A stretch of DNA of 64,000 bases, taken from the NCBI GenBank assembly GCA_964016885.1, contig OZ024740.1, positions 382,726,001-382,790,000 of the forward strand, in the 5' to 3' direction. The translations under genes were made by a program, and so were the position numbers. The stretch comes from Eledone cirrhosa (lineage: Eukaryota). This document shows, in pieces, positions 53,233 through 64,000 of this stretch; within the stretch, counting starts at the first letter, position 1; each line of letters opens with the position of its first letter. Below the pieces are notes generated by a model, which was not told the origin of the DNA, ran no database searches, and saw only the letters and a list, made by a program, of their open reading frames with translations.

Positions 53233-54639
53233 ATAGGTGGTGGGATGGATGTAGTTAGATTGATGTTGACGCTAGGTCTTCTCCACCAGAAGTAGACTCT
53301 AATAAATACAGCAACATTAGCCTCTCAATATTGATAAATATTGAGAGGCTAATGTAATCAAACAATATTGATAAATATTGTTTGATTACATTGCCATAAA
53401 TATTCAATTGGGAAAAGTGCAATTTCATCACATTTAAATCTTTGTGTATTGTAGCATTTAAATTGTCTTGAAACGGGTATGTATTATATATCATAGAAAG
53501 GAATCATATGTACAAAAGCTTTCATGTATATCTATAATTGATTTGTTACAAAGACGAGTAAACATATTTGCAACATATTTCATATATGTTAGTATGCATT
53601 TCGGTAAGCCATGCAAATGTTTTTTCTTTGTCGTCAGAAGGGAGGAACAGTGCCTGAGAGTTATGTAGGTCTTCTAAGACTGGGGAGAAATATATGAGTG
53701 GTTTTCAATTTGAACATAATTGAAGATATAAGACATAATAAGACTATATCTGCAAAAGCGTAGACGGCAAGAATTTTCCAAAGATTTTAAGTCCTAATTG
53801 CAAAAATGACATAGTAGTTATTAATTGAAGAGGAATAGTTCACATATGATTTGAGCATTTGTATTGACCAATTTGAAATATTTATATTGTATTACAATAC
53901 CATTTCTTTAGGCCCGAGTCAACTGCCAGAAGTTTCTTGATTTAAGAATAGTGTGTCTAGACACCTTTAACCAACATTTCCTTACTTCGTTTTTCAAGGC
54001 ATTAGGAAGCAATTTCAAAGAATTATCTTATTATATATATTACGGGAACAAACCATATATATTTTCTCTCATTTAATGCTTCTAATTCTTATCTGTACCT
54101 CTATTCCTGAAAAAGTTATTGCTTTACGTGGTTAGATCGGTGGTAAGGAAAAGGCTATACTGTTTCACAGAACAGTATTAATGCTAAGTAGAAAACATCC
54201 CATATATAAATTTAACTACGAATTATTTTCAGGTAAGATACTTGACTGAAACCAGTAATAGCTATATTTCCATACACATTTCTTAGGTCAAATCCACTCA
54301 AAATTAAATATTGTGTATAACGGGTCGATAGCATGTGTAGAAATAACCCACGCAAGTTGATTAAAGAATGTATGCTAATTTCATAGGTAAGTAACATTGT
54401 GTGCATGTAATGAATAGTTATATATTTTGCAGATTATGGGTTAAATATTCGAAATTCCATCAAATTGTACATTCAGATTATATTGTATCAGTCCATTCCG
54501 GAACAATATAATGATTTATGGATATCCCGCATTGCAATTTAAGCTATATGACATTATTGCTGCAGTAATTGTGATTTCGATGTAGCGTTTTGCTTCTGAA
54601 AACATTTCAAAAATAACTTCCATTCAGAGGCCTCAAATA

Positions 54640-55672
54640 TATCAAATCATCCTATAAGTGATGTCCGACCTTAATTGTTTCCGAAATATAACGGCATTTT
54701 ACAATGTATAATGGCATTAAGTAATATTTATATCGATTTAGACATATTTAAACTAATTAAATATTAATTTACAAGATAATGTTTTTTTTTTAAATTTGAC
54801 TATTCATAGCGATTTAAACATAGAAGTGCCTAAGGAGAATTTGAGGCAGTTAATGATTTGTTTAGTTCAAGAAAGGGTAGTCATTAAAACCATTCAACTG
54901 TTCACCGTCATGTTCAACAGCTTGGAAATGTTCCAAAATTCGGACAATGGGTGCCTCATGAATTTTCTGAAGTTATCGGCAATCCCCGCACATCTGCTCT
55001 ACTCTTCATTCTCGTGAAATCTCGTCTTATTTTATAGACTTGTGACTGGTGATGAAAGATGGGTCTTTTATCAAAATGCCATGCGTTGTAGACAATGGCT
55101 TTGTAATGGGAAAAAAGCCCCAAAACAAACAAAAATGGAACTTCATGCGAAGAATGTTCTTCTCTCTGTTTGTTGTGATTTCAAAGGAGTCATCTACTTT
55201 CAGTTGCTACCAACTAATGCAACAAGCAATGCTCATGTCTACTGTCGTCAACCACAATCATTGAACGCTGCTTTGAAGAAAAACAGACTTTAGTGAATCG
55301 AAAAGGAGTGGTGTTTCATCAGCGCAATGCACGACCTCACACTGCAAACAGCACATCACAGAAGATTGAAGAACTTGGCTGGGAGAAAATTGCACATTCG
55401 CCTTATTCCTCAGACCTTGCTCCTTGAAACTACCATCTGTTCTGTAGTTCACAGAATTACTTGAATGGAGTAACTCTAAAAACCACTAGGAATTCGAAAC
55501 TGACCTTTCAAAGGTTTCTCGAAATCGAAAGATTTTTCATCTAATGGGATTAAGAAGAAGTCATAATTAATCATGAAAACTACATTAATTGTAAAATTTC
55601 ATTAAAATGTAAGTTATGATCACTAGTTTTCCTTATTTAAAATCCGGACATTATTTCTGTGATGGCCTGGTA
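54640..55672 (+). mobile_element. Decayed mariner element with degenerate TIRs
   Basis: WVPHE, VTGDERW, HQRNARPH, HSPYSSDLAP motifs; TA-bounded ends ..GTGATGTCCG / CGGACATTAT.. Confidence 0.88.
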
Positions 55673-55850
55673 TTTGTATCATTATGAGATTTAGAAAGTC
55701 ATGAATTACATAACGTTATTTATGATAATATGAGGGTCACCAGGCATCAAATACTTTCTTTTTAAAGAAAAGAAACGACCTTTACGTAGGATTCTATGAC
55801 CCCAAATTTTCTCGATTCAGACCTTACATTAAATCATCAGATACACGGTG

Positions 55851-55970
<120 letters not shown>

Positions 55971-56516
55971 CTGTGTGTGCGTGTGTGTGGGTGGGTGTTT
56001 ATGTGTCTGTGTGTATGTGTTAAAACTATATGAAAAAAACATCAGACAATGTGGTTCAATAAATATATATATATATTAGTTTCACGCTAATATTCATCAG
56101 AATATAGAATGAAAAGTTAAAGAGGAAAGTATGCAGGAGAGGGACCAGATGCAAAAAGCAGGTCTGTTCATTTCACCATCTCTTGGAAAACTGATGATAG
56201 GAGTATATATATATAAATTACACAATTATCAAAGTTATGTTCAAATCATGTATAGGAGGTTAATCATATATACAAACATTGATAATGCTTTGATGACCGC
56301 AAAAGAAAGTTTGGAAGAAACGATTGTCAGCAATTAAGTAATTTGAACATAACTTTGATAATTGTGTAATTTATATTCCTGCTCTGTAAAACACCTGATG
56401 TTCTTACATTGAGCTATTTCTCTTACTGGGAATAATGTAGTAGGAAATTACTGACCTTTCCTGTTTATAGTTGTTTATAGTATATACATAACTATAAATA
56501 GTATCATTATTATTAC

Positions 56517-56700
56517 GGACGGTGGATTAGCAGTATCGGTAGAGAGACGGACACCATGCTTAGAAGTACGTCCCTTTACGGTCTGAGTTCAAATCCCTCC
56601 GAGGTTAACTTTGCCTTTCATCCTTACGGGGTCGATAAAATAAAGTACCAGTAATAACTGGATAATTGCTGGCCTTGTGCCTTAAGTAGAAACAATTATT
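56517..56700 (+). mobile_element. tRNA-derived SINE with (TTA)n tail
   Basis: A and B boxes and family core. Confidence 0.88.
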
Positions 56701-56733
56701 ATTATTATTAATATTATTATTATTATATATATA

Positions 56734-56772
<39 letters not shown>

Positions 56773-57360
56773 TATGTAGTGAAGGTGCATGGCTGGTTAT
56801 ATAATTGAATTTACATTCGTGAGGATTCTAGTTCCATTTCTGGACCGGATGATGCGTTTAGTCCTGAAGCAACAGAAAAATCAACGGAAACATTGTTTCC
56901 TTGGTCCCGTTGGACACGTTCCACTCAGTAATCGAGTGAGGTTTTGGACCATATCTCTCTCTCTATATATATATATATATATAGGAAAAGAGTCAGAGCT
57001 CAAGTCGTTTCGACGGCTATTTCAATTACTTAGTTGGTTGTCAGTGAGAGTTCCAAGCAACGACTCAGTGAACAGATGTAAGCAGATAAAATCTCCCCAT
57101 GGCAATCATAATATAACAAGTCCTACAACGGCGATCGAACTCGACCGTGTATTTTTGTATGAATTAACTTTAGACAGCACTTATCATATTTGTCAATAAT
57201 CCATAGTTCAGTGACACAAGTGTGGAGCGATTATACAATCATAACAACAGGAACCAGCACAACACGTATCATATATACATATATATGTGTGTGTATGTTA
57301 GTAAATATATATATACATATATATTTACTAACATAAATATATATGTATTTATGTTAGTGA

Positions 57361-57434
<74 letters not shown>

Positions 57435-57493
57435 ATGTTAGATTATATATTATACATACATCTAATACATACTCTCACACAGTCACACACACA

Positions 57494-57538
<45 letters not shown>

Positions 57539-58677
57539 GTTACACAATTTATATAACAGTTTGTATCTCCATCTACCGTCTCCTTTAGCGTTATTTCTCC
57601 GGTTGAGATATTTCTATATTCGAATTGGTTGTGTTAAAAGATGTATCATTTCCATTGATGTTTTAATATGCATCTAAGTTATCTGCGAATACAAACTATG
57701 GTATCATTCATCGTCGATATTTGAGAATTTTATTTACCGATGATCTTATTAAAAATCTATTGCCTTACAATATATTACTTTAATAAAAGTAGGGGAGTGA
57801 TAAGTTCATTCTTTTTGTTGTTGTTGGTATTTTCTGCAACACACTTGTGAATTTTTACATAAAAACATTAAGCATACATTTCGTAAATTAGGATGTTTCA
57901 TCACTCTAACCAATATCTATGGATATATACACAACTTATTTCTTTCATAAGTTCGCCTGAATCACTTTCTTTGGTTGATATAAATGATAGGTACTATTTA
58001 TACCGCTGTTAATATACTATTAGGTAGTCTTAATATTCTGACATCATTGTATCGTTGGGAATGGAAGCTTCAGCTTTGAATATTTCCTTTTAATATCATT
58101 TTGAAAGAATAACAAATTATCTTTACATTTCATCAATATAAGCTCCAGAATGATATTTTGAATGAGATAAACCTTTGATTGTTTTATTCCACTATAAACA
58201 TTTGGCAATATCAGAGAGATGTTACGGAAAGCATATGATATGAGTTTGTTTTACTTTTAGATCAGTGTAGATGTTATGGAAGGCTTCGTATTAGCTTGTT
58301 TTGTTGAATTATTCGTCTCTCATTTCCAAGCAAGAAATTACTCTGTATTTTCTATACTTCTAAGCAAACACATTAATACTCATCTTTATAAGAAAACACA
58401 ATTATGATGTGACGACTATTTTGTACAACCTCCCACAGGGAAATGGTAATTTGATATATTCTTCTCTACAGTATTAACACAATGCTCAGTAATCTAACAC
58501 CAGCTCTCTCTAGCTAATTACATCCATCTCTTGGAAAACATATATATTTCATATATATATATATATATTTATATATTTATATATAGGGATTGTATCGTCC
58601 AGTTACTGTAGGTTGATCAGAGTGAGTACTCGATGCGTAGTTTTCAGTAAGTATGTGGGTGTAATACTAAGGAGAGT

Positions 58678-58714
<37 letters not shown>

Positions 58715-58716
<2 letters not shown>

Positions 58717-60902
58717 GTATAAAATGTTAACATCAGTCCTAACTGAATACACATATGACCACCTGATAACAAATGATCTATTTCCTATTGAGCAGAAAGG
58801 GTGTAAACGAGGCTCATATGGCTGTAAGGATCAGCTTCTAGTTAACAAAATGATACTGGAAGATTGTCATAATAGACACAAAAATATATCGATTGCTTGG
58901 ATAGATTATAAAAAAGCATTCGATAGTTTGCCACACAGTTGGATTGAAAAATGTTTAGAGATTTTCAAAATATCCCCCGTTGTCAGGAGGTTTTTGTCAT
59001 TCAGTATGAAGACATGGAAAACGACACTCCTTTTGAATAGAGAAACAAAATCACTGGAAGCTGGAGAAGTTAATATTAATTGTGGAATTTTTCAGGGTGA
59101 CTCTTTATCACCGCTTTTATTCTGCATCGCACTTATACCATTAAGTAAAATGCTCAATGAAACAAAACATGGATATAAAATCTATGACAAAACCATTAAT
59201 CACCTGTTCTACATGGATGACCTGAAACTATTTGCAAAAAATGATGAACAATTGCAAGGGCTATTATCCACTGTGGAGCAGTTCAGTGATGACATTAAAA
59301 TGGAGTTTGGACTAGATAAATGCGCCAAAGCAACGTTCACCAGAGGAAAGCTGCTGAAGAGTTCAGACATTAATCTTGATCGGGGGAACGTGATAAGAGA
59401 ACTTGATCAAGAAAAAACTTACAAATATCTAGGTGTTTGTGAAGGAGACGGAATCAAGCACTCGACAATGAGGGAAAGGATAAGGAAGGAATGTTACCGC
59501 AGAGTAAGAGCAATCTTAAGAACGGAATTGAATGCAAGGAATAGGATCGATGCCTTAAACACGCTTGCCATACCAGTAGTAACCTACAGTTACAATGTCA
59601 TCAACTGGTCAAGCACAGAGATCCGTAGGCTCGATACAAAAATTCGAAAATTCTTAACCACGCACAGAATGCATCACCCTAAAGCAGATATAGATAGAAT
59701 ATATCTCCCTGGGAAAGAAGGAGGACGTGGGTTAATCCAGTTAGACATTGCGTTGAAAACTGCAACAATTGGATTATCTACATATCTAAGGGAATCACAT
59801 GGTTGGATGATCAAACTCGTTTTGAAACACGAAAGCATCAAAAGATCATATTCCATTACAAAAGATGCACAAAGATACAGTAATGGACTACAAATTTCAG
59901 AAGTCCCATTTACTGCTGAAATGGAAAACACAGAAAAAGCAAAGCAGGTAAAATTACTGCAAAGAAAGAACTGCTACAGAAACTGGCTAAGAAATGGCAA
60001 GAAAAGCCTCTGTATGGAAAATATCTAGAGCGAGCTAACAATCCTGATGTTGACAAAACTTTAACCCATCAGTGGTTGGCATCCTCTGGACTGAAATAGG
60101 AGACTGAAGGACTGATTATATCAGCACAAGATCAGTGTCTGCCAACAAAAAATTACCAAGCCAACATAATAAAAATGGATGCAGCCCATTATGCCGTGTA
60201 TGCAAAAAACAACCAGAGACCATTGACCATATAATTTCAATGTGCAGTCCTATAGCTCCAACCGAATACCTAAACAGGCATGACAGAGCTGCACAATACA
60301 TACATTGGATAATGTGTAAGCATTTTGACCTGCCCCATCAAAAGAATTGGTAGGAGCACCAACCACCTCCCATACTTGAAAACGATCACATCTCAAACTT
60401 GTGGAACTTTAGCATCCAAACAGACCGAAAAGTAGATGCAAATAGACCTGATATAATATTGAAGGACTTTAAAAAGAGGGTATGCCTGCTAATTGATATG
60501 TCTGTTCCAATAGACAAGAATGTATCTATAAAAACATTTGAAAAATTGAGCAAGTATAAGGACCTGGAGATAGAAATTGGAAAAATGTGGAAATTGAGAA
60601 CTAAAACAATACCAGTGGTTGTAGGCGCTCTGGGAATGATACCTAAGGGGTCTAATGATTACTTATCGCAAATCCCAGGAAACGCGCGTATAGGAGAAAT
60701 ACAAAAGATAGTACTAATGGGAACTGCCCATATACTAAGGAAGATTCTGTCAATATAAGTACATCACATGTCTAAACACTAAAGATGCATGTGTGAGTAT
60801 GTATGTTCTTTCTTGAACATGGCGGACCTTGTTGTCTCTTGAGGTCACTGGTGGTGACTTGGTGATAACTCGTATGAACATAAAGCAAGATAAATGCAAC
60901 TG
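58715..60902 (+). mobile_element. R4/Dong-like RLE LINE (second family), 5'-truncated, embedded in (TAA)n
   Basis: EQKGC, WIDYKKAFD, GIFQGDSLSP, YMDDLK, CRVC..H..C, RPDII..IDMSVP; (TAA)n at 58679-58713 and 60903-60923. Confidence 0.93.
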
Positions 60903-61879
60903 TAATAATAATAATAATAATAAGGGAAGAAGACACACGAGGTGGTAGAATGTCATGAAATCGCTCCCGTAAGTTTGGAATTTTTAACATATTTTTAATA
61001 TATTTAAATCATTTGTGAAATAACAACTCTTAGTACAAATGCTATGAGCCCCCAAAAAATTCGGACCCAAAATATATTGTTATAAGGCTCAAATATTCAA
61101 ATATTCAACTTTGTATTGTACATTGTATATTCAAAAAAGAAAATGGCTATAAATGGAAGAAGAAGAACCCCCCTCCTCTGTCTACACTATATAGAATAGC
61201 CAAACAACACCAATCTCACCAACACCAGAAACTAGATACACCACCTACCCCATCACCTCTCTGTGTACACTAAACACAACAGCCAGATAACGGCCACTGC
61301 CATCATTACTACCACTATCTCATCACCGCCGCCACCACTCCTTCATTGCTACCACCGCTACAACACCATCACTACAGTAATACGATCACATCACCACCAC
61401 CACTGCCTCAGTATCGACATCACCACCACCACTGTCTCAGTATCGCTACTGCCGCTATTCTCTCCCATTGCTTCCTGCTAGTTGCTGCCACCACATTATA
61501 GAATTCCTACTAAAAAAGAGGAAGGCATCAAAATATATAGATAGACTCAAAAGAAAAAAACAAACATTAAAACCAAAGCAGCACAGCAACAACAACAAAA
61601 AAATAAAAAAAACAAACAGAGAAAAACAAAAACAAAAAAAAAACGTAAAGGAAATAAGAATGAAGAGAGAAACAAGCGGACGGACAGAGAAGAGAGGGGA
61701 AAAACTAAGTCAGACATTCGAACACTACATTACAATGAAACTTATGCTTATTCATTTTTTGGGGTTTTTCTGCCCGTTTGTTTGTTTGTTTATTTGTGTT
61801 CACCTACAGCGTGGTGATAATGCCACACAAGAGCCAAGTGGAGCGGCGCAACCACCGGAGACGGTGAATCCACAGATGA

Positions 61880-64000
61880 TTATGTAACCATACATTCGCC
61901 AATCCTCGATAAGAGTGTTTAAATATCGAACCTAAACAGTTCGAATAACGGTGAAATGGAGACTAGAACGTCATGTGACAGACACTCACCCAACGGGTGC
62001 TCCCTGGCTCAGCAGCAGGAACCTGGCTGTCAACCAGATACTGCTGGTGTCGGAGGAAAAAGAAGAAGGAAAGGGACCAGAACCAACTGGACGAAATAAT
62101 TGAATAGAACTGTTATGCAATGTTACCTGAAAATTAACCCCAAGGAGAGGGGCTATAGAAGACGGATGCATAACATCTGGAACGAGATTGGTCTATTTAA
62201 ATTAGGTGAACAAAAATTGGCCGGGCAGGCTCGGGTAATAAGAACTAATGGGTGGATAAGCGAGCTGGAACTGGAGGAACTGAGCAGAGAGATTAGCTTG
62301 GAGGTGGAGGGTGGAGTATGCAAGGCAAACGAGCCAGTGGGAAATGAAGGTGAAGAGGTCGAGAGAACGGAGGAACCACCCAAAGCAGACAATGATCTGA
62401 ATACTGAGATAAATAATACCTGGAACAGAGATACGGCCACTGAGAAGATGAATGCTGACGGGCTAGGACAAGATTCGGTTGACATCCTAAATTTAGTGGT
62501 AGATGAATTGAACAATGAGGGTGGGAGACCTATGAACCTAAGATTTGTAGACAGGAAAAAGTTAAAAGAAACAACAGCTAAGGTAAACAAAGTCATCCCA
62601 TACCTTGAGACGAGGAGCCTTCACCAGTGCAACAATATCCTCAAAGCAACAGCAAATAGGTGAGGAAACTACTTGGTATAAAAGCGAGAGGAAAGAACAG
62701 ACAAGAAAGAACAGACAAGAAAGAGCAGAGCCTTGGTGGAAGAAACGACTGAGTGGTCAAATCAGGGAAATGAGAAATGACATTGGAAAGCTTGAGTCAC
62801 TACTGAATGGGACACTAAAAAACATAGGCACTAAAAATAGACTGGAAATAAAGTACAAAACTAGGAGGAAAAAGCTAAATATTATCATAGAGGAACTGAA
62901 GCAACGCATTGTAGCAAAGAGTGCAAAAATCAGGCGATACAAGAACAGAGTCAGTCAGTATAAACAGAACCGCATGTTCGACACCAACCAGAAGATGCTG
63001 TTTGGAGAGCTTGAGGGGAAAAAAAGAGGCAACGACTTGATCCCTGAGGCGGAACAAACTAAAACATTCTGGAGAGGAATATGGGAACAGGATGTTAGAC
63101 ATAATGACCAGGCAGGGTCGATTGAGACAGTACAGAGGGAGATCGATGAGCAGGCACACCAACAAACTGATTTGAGTATCACAGTTGAAACTCTTAAGGG
63201 GCAGGCCAAAAAGCTAACCAACTGGAAATCACCAGGCCCAGATGGTGTGCAGGGGTATTGGATTAAAAATATAACATCCCTCCACCCGAAACTGACAACC
63301 ATGTTCAATGACTGCTTGATGTCAGGTGAGGTACCAGAGTGGTTGACAAAAGTTACCACAGTTATGATAATGAAAGACCGAATCAAGGGTAATGATGTAA
63401 CCAACTATAGACCTATCACATGTCTGTCCGTAATGTGGAAACTGTTGACGAGCATTGTGTCTGTGGAAATCTACCATCACCTCCACACAAACAACTTGTT
63501 ACCGGACGAACAGAAAGGATGCCGAAAGAAGTCACGTGGTACAAAGGACCAGTTACTTATTGATAAGATGGTAATGGGGAATTGCAGGAGGAGACACACT
63601 GATCTTGCAATGGGATGGATAGACTACAGAAAGGCATTTGACATGGTGCCTCATTCTTGGATCACCAAAAGCCTGGAGATCTTCAAGGTGGCAGATAACT
63701 TCAGACAGTTGTTGGGCAAGAGTATGAGGTCCTGGGAAACAGAGTTGACATCAACTGGAGAATCCTTGGGAAGCGTGAAGATCAAGAGCGGTATCTTCCA
63801 GGGAGATAGCCTGTCCCCTCTGTTGTTTGGCCTTGCCCTGATGCCCCTGACCAGTGTACTGCGAAAAGTGAGAGCAGGATACGGGTTGGGAAAGGGAGGG
63901 CTTACCATCAATCACCTCCTCTTCATGGACGATCTTAAGCTCTTCGGGAAGAGTGAGAAGGAGTTGGATGTGCTTGTTGACACTGTCCGTATTTTCAGCA
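61880..64000 (+). mobile_element. R4/Dong-like LINE, N-terminal domain and RT, cut by the window end; 5' boundary approximate
   Basis: NRTVMQCY..GYRRRM..W..EQKLAGQAR N-domain, WKSPGPDG, YRPITCL, GIFQGDSLSP, FMDDLK. Confidence 0.92.

Noticed and set aside
61200-61720. His/Thr/Lys-rich ORFs
   Set aside because: Low-complexity (CAC)n and A-rich sequence with no domain signal

Overview
AT-rich eukaryotic (non-prokaryotic) genomic DNA made almost entirely of microsatellites and transposable elements. The (TA)n density and the tRNA-derived SINE family suggest a mollusc, probably an octopod cephalopod (inference). No intact host gene is visible. Two microsatellite-centred systems stand out. (1) Penelope-like elements (PLEs; RT plus GIY-YIG) and their inverted or palindromic pLTR remnants sit in (TA)n tracts. 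They carry about 15 candidate type I hammerhead ribozyme motifs from up to 7 sequence families. Two unrelated families use a non-canonical UUGANAA core (U3-A8 instead of C3-G8). (2) A ~16.5 kb train (19.8-36.3 kb) of Tx1-like LINEs, R4/Dong-like RLE LINEs and SINEs is joined at most junctions by (ATT)n, with each family in a largely fixed orientation. Also present are RTE and CR1-like LINE relics, a Buster/Charlie hAT, several mariners, a non-autonomous Helitron and possibly decayed host-gene remnants. All structures were read by eye; nothing was folded or searched computationally.
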